Positions 13,941 through 27,860 of a stretch of 64,000 nt of DNA are shown here, piece by piece. Below the pieces are notes generated by a model, which searched no databases, was not told the origin of the DNA, and saw only the letters and a list, made by a program, of their open reading frames with translations. The stretch spans positions 124,001-188,000 of the forward strand of contig CDMY01000356.1 in NCBI GenBank assembly GCA_001179505.1. Reading direction: 5' to 3'. Positions within the stretch are counted from its first letter, which is position 1. Each line of letters begins with the position of its first letter. The DNA comes from Vitrella brassicaformis CCMP3155 (taxonomy: Eukaryota > Protista > Chromerida). Both the position numbers and the translations under genes were made by a program.

Positions 13941-14188
13941 GGAGAATGATCCGAGCTGGAATGAGCGGCTGCACGACGGCAGCGCCATGCTGCGGGGGAT
14001 CACCCTCGACGCAATGCTGCCGAACATGTTGGCGAGGGCTAAGGCGGCAGATTTGGCGACAGACGAGGCTCACAGCACTGCAGCAGACGGCCGAAATGCC
14101 TTCTTTTCTCGCAAGAGCTCGCAAGATGGTGCAGCAAGAGCTCGCAAAAAACGCGAAAGGTTTATCGCTTTACAGCTGAAGGTAGACG

Positions 14189-15555
14189 ATGGCAGCATCA
14201 GCATCAGCAGGTGGAGTAGATGTTGACGAGACTGTGGCCAAGCGATACCGGCGTGATGTGCCCGACGGCATGTCTTCGCTCCAGCCCGTGCACCTGTACA
14301 TGGATGGGGTGTTTGATTTCGTCCACGCCGGCGACATGGAGGCGTTTCAGAGGGCGCGGGAGGAATACGGGTACGCGCACCTCACTGTGGGGGTCACATC
14401 GGACGCGGAAACGGAGGCCTTCACCGGCGCCCCGCCCGTGCTGAGCCGCCAGCAGAGGGCTGACGCGCTCAGGCAGATTAAAGGAGTGGATAAGGTCAGC
14501 AAATCGCCAAATAGACCGATAGATAGGCCCCCATCACCTAGCTGTTCATCTCCTTCCCTCCCACTGTGAATATGCTTTGCTTGCTGTGTGCAGGTGGTGT
14601 GCTGCCCGTGGATCATCACCCCCGAGTTTTTGCGCAAGCACGGCATCCACTACGTGTGCCTGGCGCCCAGCAGCAGCACCCTCTACCGCTACGGGACGGA
14701 CCTGCCGCGCGATGAGGTGGACATGATCCGGCAGCATCTGCAGGGCGGGGGGTGGGTGCGCCACAGCAGCAGCACCCTCTACCGCTACGGGACGGACCTG
14801 CCGCGCGATGAGGTGGACATGATCCGGCAGCATCTGCAGGGCGGGGGGTGGGTGCGCCACCTGCCGCCCACGCCACACAGCTACCTGTCGAGCGCCAACC
14901 TGATCGCCAAGATCATCAGACACAGATCCCACTTCATCGCAAACGCACTGGTAGGTACCCTCACTTTGACGCACTGCACTAGAGTGCGCCAACACCAAAA
15001 CATGCATACAGGTGGATGGGATGGATGTGTGTATGGTATGTGTCTGTCACACAGGCTGAGGGCTCCCGTCCGTCTGACCTTGCCGTGAGCTCCCTGCTGG
15101 CGTCTCGTGTGCGGCTGTCGTGTGCCGTCCACACCATGGCCCGCCGTTTCATGGACGGCCTGGAGGGCCTCACCAAGACCGCCCTCCCAGTGGGCTGCCG
15201 ATTCGACCAGGGCGTCGACGCCATCTGCGACACCATCGCAGCCAAGATGAGCAGCAGCAGGGGCAGGCCGCCAGCACCGTTAGCCGCTGAGGACCAGCCA
15301 CCCAAGCCGATCCCACCATCCCCCAACACACCGGACATCGCGGCCGCTGCATACGAGCGTCGCGGGTCTCGCTCCGTGGCTGCTGGTGCTCCTGCTGCTG
15401 CCGCTGCTGCGGGTGCGGGTGTGGTGCCTCGCCACGGTGTGTCGTCGGATGACGACATGTTTGCGGCGCCTTCAGCCGAGGAGGAGGCGGCCATGCGGGG
15501 GGTAAAACGGTCGCGGGCTGCCATGAGGGAGGAGCAAGTCGAGGAACTCAGATGA
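14189..15555 (+). CDS. Choline/ethanolamine-phosphate cytidylyltransferase-like protein with degenerate HxGH motif
   Basis: VHLYMDGVFDFVHAGD, LTVGVTSD, R.DALRQIKGVDKVV..CPWIITPEFLRKHGIHYV match the CCT fold; three exons. Confidence 0.8.
14668..14860 (+). repeat. Perfect 96-bp in-frame tandem duplication (32 aa x2) inside the cytidylyltransferase-like exon
   Basis: Units start at 14668 and 14764; SSSTLYRYGTDLPRDEVDMIRQHLQGGGWVRH occurs twice with identical nucleotides. Confidence 0.95.
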
Positions 15556-16454
15556 TCAGGAGGAGGAAGGCGTCTGAAGTAAATCAGTAAGTATGTATTG
15601 GAGTGGCCGATGGACCGACGGACAAGAGATGGATGGATGGATGGATGGAGGCACACATACGCGACAGACGTGTTGTTGGGTGATTGACTGATTTTTCATG
15701 TATGTGGGTCGGGTCGGCTGGCCGGCTGTGGTGAGTGAGGTGGGTGAGCTGAAATTCCCGCCCGCCTTGTGTGGTGTGTGACGTCACAAGGTGACTGACT
15801 GACGATGTGTGTGTGGATCGATGGATTGGTGGTGGTGTACAACAAATACCTACCTTGGTTTGGATGGCATCTGTGTGTCCGTGTGTTTTTCTTTCAAGCT
15901 AGTTGGTTGTGGCTTCATTACAACAAGGTCACACAGGCAGGAGGCAGGCAGGCGCGGAGGGCGCTTTGGTCAGTTTAGTTGCCGCCACCGCAACGCAACA
16001 ACAAGGGCCCTCATAACTGGCAGACGAGAACTAAGAGTGGACTTGTATGTCCGTGTATTCTACATACTTGATAGGCACACTGGTCTGGTCTGCAGGCAGG
16101 TGTGCATGTCTGTCTGTGAAGTTGTTTTCCCAGCGAGACACATGTGTCTGTCTGTCTGCACCGACTGGTGGGATGGGTGGATGGCGTGGCCGTGGACGTG
16201 CGAGAGTTGGACGAACTGCAATTGATGAATGAGGCCAGGTCCGTCCGGTGTGCATACTTACATGTCCATCAGCCACACAGATCCATCCATCCACAGAGAC
16301 GCAGACAGGTGTTAGTCAGTCAGTCAGTCAGTCAGTACAAGCATCAACACACACCAACACCAACAAACAGCACGACAGACAGACAGACAAACAGACGCTG
16401 TGCGTGCGCTTCTCAGCACGCTTCATGCACCTTCATCTCCCGTCGTCGCTTCTT

Positions 16455-16571
16455 TTTCTGTTCATGCCATCTGTCGGCCTGGCCGCAGTGATGGGTCTCC
16501 GTCAGGATGGGGATGCCAACCTGACGGAGACCCTCCATTCAGGCAATCCGACAGCTGACATGGAACGGAGA
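16455..16571. ncRNA. Long fold-back hairpin (pre-miRNA-like candidate H1)
   Basis: Perfect 14-bp stem GGGTCTCCGTCAGG (16493-16506) / CCTGACGGAGACCC (16520-16533), extended by CTGTCGG/CCGACAG and CATG/CATG helices. Transcription not shown. Confidence 0.4.
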
Positions 16572-17583
16572 CGGACAAGCCATTGCGATCCCCCCCACAC
16601 ACTTGCTGCCTCTGCCTGCCCATCGTCACCCACCCAATGTCACGTACCTTACTACATCCCTGCCTGCCTGCCGCGGCTACTGCTGCATCCACCTAGCTAC
16701 CAACATGCATATGCCCCCACCGGGGGTGCAGTGAGTGAGCGGTAAAGCCCTCAATCGTTCAACCAGCCAACCAGCCAGCCAGCCAGCCAGCGACCAGTCT
16801 ACCACGAGACGCCAAGCCAGAACCAGCGGACTCACCATAAGCTCATCATTCATAATAAAAGCAACGAGCCCAGCCCCCCTCCCCTCTCTCGCGCGGGGCG
16901 CCCCTTCGTCACTCACGCAGTCCATCATTGTTTGCTTAAAAGCGTCTGTCTTTGTTACGCACACAGACACCTACCCACCCACTTACCATACGCTCGATCG
17001 TGTACATGTAAAAAGACCGCCCATGCCGTGCATGCCATGCCATGCATGCCTCACCCCATCCACCACACCACACACATGGGGAGGGGAATCTGAAATAAAT
17101 AAAGGACAACCTACGCACTCTACATGCACACACGCCTCGCCTCGCCCCGCCTCGCCTCGCAGTAAGCAAGCAAAGTCGCAGTAGTAAAGCAGGAGGGCCA
17201 TTGATTGATTCATTCACTCACTGTACACATCCATCGATCGGCACCCAACCCACACAATCGCCCGCCCGGACACGCAGCCACATGTATGTAGCACAAAACA
17301 ACGGGCCGGCCGATGAGACATGAAGTCAATGAGGGGGTGGCGTCACATGAATGACATGACGTGATACGCACGATGAAAGACAAGAAGAAGAAATGACGGT
17401 CATGTGTTGTGTATATAGTGCACCCAGCCAGCCCAGCCCAGCCAGGATGTATTGCTTGTATCATCGTGTGTGTACTATAAAGGACAAATACCACGCAACG
17501 CAACGCAACGTACCACACCACACCACACCCTCCCCACCCTCCATCCATCCCTCCCTCCCCCTCTGCCACCTGTCTACTCTACT

Positions 17584-18511
17584 CTACACACTCCCAAGGC
17601 TGCCGAGTGTCCCCTCGGTTCTCGGCGACACATTCAGGTTGGTCCCCGTCTCCACCACCATCGACCCAGGCAGCGACGAAGACACATTGTCGTCCCCCAG
17701 TAAGGACGGTGCCTTGCCGGTGTCGCCATCCGCCGGGGTGCTCTGCACGAGCCGCTCCACCTCGGCCGCGGTGGCCCGCCCGCTGTTGGCTGGGAGGGTG
17801 AGGTTGCGCCGGGTCGATCGGGCGGTGGTCTCGGTGTCCTCGTAGTCGTGCTCGCGGCCGTTCTCACGGTCACGGAAGGAGAGGGTTCGGCTCTTGCGCG
17901 TGATGCCACAGATGTCGCGCATCGAGGCATCGGGCGGGGCCTCGTTGACCTGTACGTACAGAAATGGGGAGAGGGGATGTGCACTCGTGCAGTGCAGTGG
18001 GTGGGTCTGGTCTATGAGTGTGTGTAGGTTACCTCCTTGTCAACGATTGCGGTCATGGCGGCCTGTGCCTCGGTGTTGTCCTCGATACCCTGCAGGAACT
18101 CGTTGTAGTCTATCGTGCCGTTGCCGTCCTTGTCGAAACTGCTGATCAACGCCTCGATGTCACCCTGCACACACACACACACACACACGCAAAGCCACAC
18201 GTGCGTCTCTCGCGTGTGTGTGGGGTATTGGAGTGGTGTGTTGTGTCGACCACCGTGTGTCTGACCTTGAATCCTTCGCCCAGGACGTGTTTGAGCTCCT
18301 CGGCCGAGATGGTGCCGCTGCCGTCGAGATCGAACTTGCGGAAGAGGCGCTTGACGGCCCCCTCGTGCAGCTTGACGCGTGTGTAAAGCATGGCGGCGAT
18401 GAACTCGGTGTACTCTATCTCGTTGTCACCCGTGTCGTCCAATGCGCTGTAGGATCGACACTCACACCCAGAAAGGGGAATGCACTAATGTGTTCGGTGG
18501 ATGGAGTGCTA

Positions 18512-18549
<38 letters not shown>

Positions 18550-20167
18550 TGTGTGTACTCGAATATTTGTTCGATCTCTTCGTCTGAGATCTTGAGGTGC
18601 TCGAGACACACCGACTTGAAGTCTTCCAAGGTGATGGTGCCCGTCTCTGGGGACAGCACAGAGACATTCACACGCACATCCACACAGCCACATCCACAGC
18701 TGTATGCGGTGCACCTGCCTCTCTGCAAGGAATATATAAGTGGTGGGTGGAGGTCACTCACTCCCTTTGTCGAAGGCGAAGAAGAGGTTGCGCACTTCGT
18801 CGATCTCATCCGACGTCAGCGCGTAGGCCATGACCGTCATGCACGCACGCTTCAACCGCTTCATGCCCGAAAAACTGACGACAGACAGACAGGCCACACA
18901 CCATCCACACACTCTCCCTCCCTCCCTCCGTCCCTCTATCTGTCTGTCTGTGTCCCTCGCTCCGCTCACTTTTTGATGGCCTGCAGGGCGTTCTTGAGTT
19001 CGCCGCCAGGAGCCGCTGCGTTGTCGGCGTCGACGCTCTCGACACGCTTGAGGTCGTGGCGCGACATGGTGGCCATCCAGGGGTGCTTGAGGGCCTGCTT
19101 GGCGGTCATGCGGCGGGTGGGGTCCATGCTGAGACACTTGCGGACGAAGTCCTTGGCCTCGAAACTCACTGACTTCCATCTGAATGAACCACACACACAG
19201 AGGGACGGACAGAGAGAGAGAGAGAGAGAGAGAGAGAACCAATGGCGTGTAAGGAGGAGAGGGGTGTTTTGTTACTAAGTTACATTGAGGATCTCATGGA
19301 GTATGCGCCTTGTCTGATGAGTTTGAGGGTCTCCTTCTTGCTTTCGCCGATGAAGGGCGGGACACCCGCCAGCAGCATGTACACAATCACACCCATCGCC
19401 CACATGTCCACAGCTACACAACAGACACACCATACCAACATACACACCCACACACCACACCACACACAAACAAACAAACAACCAGGGTTAGGCAGCCAGC
19501 CAGGCGCCCATGATTGTGTGTGTGCGTCTGTGTAGTCACCCGTCGCGTAGTCGCCTCTGAGTGTTTCTGGCGCCAGGTAGTAGAGAGTGCCGACGATCTG
19601 CATCGTGTCCGATGGGCGCAGGTCCAGGTAGCGCTTGCTGAACCCAAAGTCGATCAACTGCAGACACAATGAACCACACACACACACATCTCTCCTACAG
19701 ACGCTCTCCACACACTTTAGTGTGTGTCCTGGATCCATGTGACGGCCGTCACTTGACTTGCCTTGAGTTTTGCGTCTGGTTCTTTGGACTCGTAGAGGAA
19801 GTTCTCCAGCTTGAGGTCGCGGTGGATGATCTTCCGGTGGTGCAGGTACGCCACAGCCTGCACATACACACACGCATAGCATAGCATAGGGGCAGATCGA
19901 TGGATCCATCACTCGCAGATATGACGATTCTGCGTGTGCCGATGTGACTGACTGACTGACGCCCCGCACCCACCCACCAGGAGCATCTCGTATGTGGCTC
20001 TCTGTGCGTCCTTTTCGGTGTAGTTTCTCTTCTTGCTGAGCCGATCGTACAGCATGCCGCCCGCCATGTACTCCATCACCAAATACAAATTGTTCTCGTC
20101 CTGGTTGACGGAGAACACACACACACGCACACACACACTCAGGGGCCTGATTGGATGCCGTCACGCC

Positions 20168-20201
<34 letters not shown>

Positions 20202-20699
20202 CCTGTGTGAGTGAGTGGCTGGCTGACCTCGAATACGTCGATGAGTCGGGCTATGTTGGGGTGGTCTAGGTCGAGGTAGAGTATGGCCTCGTTCTTGAGC
20301 ATCGTCATGGCCTCCTCGTCGGCGCCGCTCTTCTTGAAAGACTTGACGGCGAACTGTTTGCCGTCACCCTTGGACCTCACCAGCTTCACAGGACCGCTGA
20401 ACCCTGCCCTGCGCACACACACACACGAGCAGAGGATCAGTGTGTCTGTTTCTGTCATGCGATGGATGGATCTACATGGCAGACTGACTGCCTTACCCGA
20501 GGACCTTGTCGAGCGGCTCATAGTGGTCCCATATGCTCCCCACACTCACGCGCGAGCCAAGGTAGTATGGGTATCGCCCCTTGCTGGCGCTCTTCTTGGC
20601 GCCGCTCTCCTTGATCAGTCGCGCTGTCCGCAGGCGGCTCTCACGCCGCTCGTACTCCTCAGTCGTGAGCTCCTCCTGCCTGCTGCAGCACGCACCCAT
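17584..20699 (-). CDS. CDPK: Calcium-dependent protein kinase (kinase + 4 EF-hands), N-terminal MGACC acylation motif
   Basis: LGAGFSGPV, FAVK, HRDLKLEN, DFG, GTLYYLAPE, DMWAMG; EF loops DKGKTG, DDTGDN, DLDGSG, DKDGNG. Confidence 0.95.
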
Positions 20700-20838
20700 G
20701 ACCGAACCGACAGACTCGGGTCTGGATCTCTGTCGCCGGGGCAGTCAAAACCTCTCAGATCTTCCGACCGAGGTGATCGCTGGTACGCTCACTGGATGCA
20801 GGGAGGGAGCTGGCGGGAGATCTTGAGATGCTTTTACA

Positions 20839-20861
20839 AAGCTCGCACTATCTGCGAGCTT
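20839..20861. promoter_or_regulatory. Inverted pair of AGCTCGCA motifs in the CDPK/PqiA divergent spacer
   Basis: AAGCTCGCA-ctatc-TGCGAGCTT, a perfect 9-bp inverted repeat midway between the two ATGs. Confidence 0.45.
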
Positions 20862-20966
20862 AAAGGGAACCAGAAGCTGCGCTCCGTGTGGGCTGCATCG
20901 CCGTTGAATGCATTGAAATCGGACAAGACGATGTGATGTAAGTGAGTGCAACTCGACTGCTTCCAC

Positions 20967-23900
20967 ATGGCTCGGCATCGGCAGACGGAGAGCACGGCCC
21001 TGCAGAAAGCGCCCAAAGACTGGAACAAGACGGGACTGCAACTCACTCTTCTGCTCTTCGGTACATACGTGAGCTGCATGATGCATTAATTCACTGCTTC
21101 ACTCACTCACAGCAATTGATTCTTCTTTGTGCATCTGTCTGTCTGTCTGTCTGTCCTTGCCATCGTCTAGTGTTGTCTTACGTGCTGTGGGCTCTGGGGC
21201 TGGTATTCCCCGTGGTCCATCTGCAAGGGTCATTTCTCGGTGTGGGTGAGCTCGATGTCACTCGCTCGACCATCGGCAGCCTCAAAGAGTTCCTCCAACA
21301 CGGATTCTACGTGCCCCTGACGCTCATCGTCACCTTCTCAATCATCGTGCCCATCGTCAAGCTCCTTGTCCTGACCACGTGTGTCTTCATCTGCTGGCGG
21401 AAGAGGCTGTTCACGTCCGAGCAGTACATTCAGAGGGATGCGATTGCTGCTGGGGCGGTGGTGGGCGTGCCTGTGCCCATGCCTCCAGACGAGAGGCAGC
21501 ATGAGGGAGACCTGGAACACCAGACGTGGCAAGAGGGCGGGTCGCTGGCTGACGCGTCTGACGCGACCTCGGGCGAAGTGTCGCCCCCCCGGTCGCCCAC
21601 GAGTGCTCTCAAGAAGGCCAGGGGAAGGAGAGAGCAGCAGCAGCGGCGGTCGATTCAGTGGCGGCCGTCGCTGGTTGAGCGTGGGGAGGGTATGAAGGAC
21701 GAGCAGGAGGCGGCCTACCTTCTGGGAGTGCGGTGGCTGACGCGGCTGCGGCACGTGGCCAAGTCGCAGTTTGTCGACGTCTACGTGTGCATCCTTCTAG
21801 TGGGGTTCCTCAACCACAACATCTTCCACACGACCTTCCTTATCGGCTTCTACCTCTACACGGCTTTCTGCACCCTCTCCATCCTCTCGACTCAGCTTCT
21901 CACCAACCTTGTCAGCTGGCGAGTGGAAAAGTTCAGACAAAAGAGAGCGGGCAAGGATGGCGACTCCGTGGCTGCGGCCGCTGCTGCTGAGAATGAGGCG
22001 ACCAAAGACACTTTCTCTGCCCCTGATGCGATGCCTCTCTCGGTTGCCAACTTTCTTTTCGCCTGCAACAGCTTGCTGTGGCTATGTGGCGTCTCCGCGG
22101 CCCTGTTCGCGCCCATTTTGGTGGTGCAGGTGGTGTTTGAGGGGAGCTTGATCGTGGACCAAATCGGGCTGCCGGTGCTGGGCCTGCTGAAGAAGCTGTG
22201 GGGCCACGGCTATGTGCTGTCGTGGGCAATCGTGAACGCATTTGTGCTGGTGGTGCCTTTGCTGGCCATCCTCTGCTCGGCACTGCAGAAGGTGGTGCCG
22301 GCATGGAGGCGGCCACTGAGATATGCGGTGGGGTTCTTCTTTGACTGGGCCATGACGGTCGGTATATGTCACGACACAGACAGACTGGCAGACGGACAGA
22401 CAGACAGACAGAGGCAGAATGACCTACTTACCTGCGTGTGTGTGTGTGTGTGTGGATCAATCAGGACATCTTTGCGGTATCGCTGCTGACAGCCTATTTT
22501 GCGTTCAACGCCTTTGATCAGCTGCTGGCCAAGATCCCTGCCGTTACCCCACTCCCCATCACACAAGCCCTTTCCCTCCCCCTGTCCGGCTTCTACATGC
22601 TACTCATGGCCGGCATCTGCGCGTTCGAGCTGGTCGACCTTTCCCACATGCACACCATGGATACCTCCTTTCGCCCACATGGGTCGTTCCAGCACCCCGT
22701 GTGGCCGCAGGGGCCGTCGTCTCGGTCACTCAAGATTGCGGCGATGCAGGCCCCCTTGCTGGCTGCCGACGGGTCGGAGCACCTCCCCTCGCCCTCCCCG
22801 GTGCCATCCGAGGCCATGTCTGTGTCCCGCCAGTGGGACTACATCCACACCAGCCCCCTCCCATCACCGGCCAGGCAGAAAAGCGGCACCATCGCGGGGG
22901 CTGACGCGAGGCCAGATGACGAGCAGTCGTCCCCTTCGCCGGCAGAGAAGCCGCCGTCGACAGTGGAGGCGTCTGAGAGCCTGCCCACACAGCCGGGGGT
23001 GTCTGTAATTACGTCAGAGTCTCGCGGGGGCGACAACGGGCTGTCTGGTGGCGGTGGTGGTGGGCTGTCCTCTTACGGTCGGTTCCTGGTTCGGGTGTGG
23101 CTGGTGAACTTCCGGCGGTCGCTCAAGAACCCCGTGGTGCTGTTCAAGGCGCTGGCACTCATTACCGTGTTGGTGCTGGCCGCCAGGAACAACGTGCCGT
23201 CAGTCGATGTGGCACACCTAGTGAGGAAGGAGGACACAAATAAAGCAATCACACCCATTCATGTGCAGGCATATGTGTGCTCCTTTGTTGCTGACTGTAC
23301 TTGCTGTGCCAGAACGCCCAATTGCTGACCTTGCTGCCGACTCTCAACCAAGCTATCAACACCACTCTGCCGGCCACAGTGGGCGACTGCCACCCCTCCC
23401 CGTCCACACTCTCACTCATCCCTGGCACCCCAGACAGCAGCGGCAACGCCTCGCAGATCACGGCCCTCTTCCCATTACCGTCTGATGCTGCGTCACCGCC
23501 ACCAACAACACCGCACCGATCGCTGCTATGGTCCTTCTTCAGCTCGGGCGCTGGTGCTTCTTCGGCCGACCCACTCGTGCCGCCGTCTCCGTGTTTGGGG
23601 AGTGGGCCGCTGTACGAGGGGACCAAGGGTGGAGTGAAGGTGCTGGCCAAGTGGCTGACGGGCTTGTCCACCGGCAGGATCACACAGGCCAAGCTCGCCG
23701 TACCTGGAGAAAACAGGTCGGTCGACACGGAACGGAAAACTGAGATCCACACATCAACCAACCAACGCACACATACACCATCCATCAGTCTGTCCTGTCT
23801 ATGTATGCGGTCTACATCAATCAGGTTTCGTTTCGGTTTCCGTGTCATGTTTGCGTCTCTGCAATTGTCGCTCCGTGTTGAGGAGTGCGTGACGCCCGAC

Positions 23901-24427
23901 GTGTTGCTGACGGGCAAGTGCGACCTGTTGTCTGACGACACCACCCACTGCTGCGGCGACCAGGTCGGCATCGACTTTCACTTCATTGCAGACTGCAACG
24001 AATCATCACCGTAAGCAACCACAACCACTCACACCACCCCCCACCCACCCATCTCTCCCTCCGTCCGCCCATCCATCGGTGTGCTGGTCGGGTCGTCAGG
24101 TACGTCCGTGACCTGCACATCCCCCCACCCCCTGCCGGCCTGAGTCTTGTGAAGCCAATCACGGTGCGCGAGCATATCTTGGGCTTCGAGGTGGCGCGTG
24201 ACGTGACGGCCCGGCTGCAGGAGGCCTTTTATGCCAACCTGGGCAAGTTCCTGCCCGTGAGGACGGAGGGGCCCCAGACGACCGACGACCGCAAGCACGC
24301 TGCGGAGAAGTATCGTTTCATTCCCTGGTCGGGCCGCAAGATCAGTGTGGAGGAGTTCCTCAACATGATGATTGAGCTGAATGTGCCGCCGGATGGGAGG
24401 CTCAAGTGCCCGGAGGCCACTGACTGA
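20967..24427 (+). CDS. Polytopic membrane protein with two PqiA (paraquat-inducible protein A)-like repeats and a Cys-containing C-terminal soluble domain
   Basis: Two repeats of the pattern TM - 'STIGSLKEF..G.Y..LTLIVTFSIIVPIVKL' - 'AKSQFVDVY' / 'DWAMTDIF' - 'GFY'. The spliced start at ATG 20967 fits the phase of the 21171 acceptor. Confidence 0.7.
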
Positions 24428-25352
24428 GGGATGATGATATATGTGAGCAGTGGGTGGGTGTATTGGGGTGTTGTAAGTACGTGTGTGTGTGTCGTTCGTG
24501 TGTCGTTCGTGTGTCGTTCGTGTGTGTTGCTTTCTTTTTCTAGTAAGAAAGCAGCCAGCAACATTCGATCGGATCCGATGTGTGTGTGTGTGTTCGTCTG
24601 TGTGTGTATGTACGTGTGTGTAAGTCGTTACACGCATACGGCAATTTTCGGCATTGGTTGGAAAGGCAAGGCATTGCGGCAGTGCGTCGGTAGGGGCCTC
24701 TTCGATGCATTCTTTCAGCCTGCCAGCTATATATTGCGTGTGATGCTTCTGTGTTCGTGGGCCGGCAGTTTTCTCTGCGCCTCTTGCAAGTGCATGTGTG
24801 GCGTGTGTGTCGGTGCCTGCCTGCCTGCAGGGCGTTTTCCCTGTTCGTGTCGAACCACCTAGCCATCCAGATTTAGACAGGATTCATTGATTGATTGATT
24901 GATAGGCCAACAGACGTTATGCGAGTCTGTCTTCTGACGATTGGACAGAGCGTGGCGTGCTGCGATTTGATTTAACCGTGTGTGTTTATGGTATGGGCCG
25001 GTCACTCACGTCGTCACGAAGAAATACAGCACGCCACCAGCCACCACCACTTGCGCTCCAACGAACAAAGCACAAGTACACAAGCGCTACTTGCCTATCA
25101 GACCACAGGTAGGTGATTCCAACGGAAAAAGTCGAAAAAGAGAGAGGGCACCACGCACCACAAGACAGACGAGCCGAGGCAGCCCCGCACACTCCCTCCC
25201 TCCCTCCCTCCCTCCCTCCCCCTCTCCCTCACTGCTGCCCTGCTCTCTCGACAGACAATACAATAAGACACTGATGGATTGGATGGATGCATGAGCTGAG
25301 CTTTGTATCGGCCGGTAGATGGATGAGTGGCCTGGCCTGGCCTGGCCTTTGG

Positions 25353-27574
<2,222 letters not shown>

Positions 27575-27860
27575 TACTATGGCTGCGAGGAGGGAGAGCC
27601 ACACACGCAGGTGAGGCGCTGGAATCTTGATGAAAACAAAGATCGACCCAGTTGCTGGCTGGACCGATCAACACAACACAACACAACACAACACAAGCGG
27701 GGAACTCTCGACGAAACTCCCTCCTTTTGAGAGCCAAGCTTGCAGATGTGCGAGCTGTGTTGTTCGAGGGTATTCGGCGCACGTCGGCATCAATTGAATC
27801 CATCAGACTAACTCCTCTCATCGTATATCTACGGCATCGACCTTTGGAACGTCCCCATCC

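Noticed and set aside
13915-14226. Plus-strand ORF MAVCIAYAMENDP... in the ATP9/CCT-like spacer
   Set aside because: It overlaps the ATP9 start and the promoter spacer, has no recognisable motif, and is better explained as chance.
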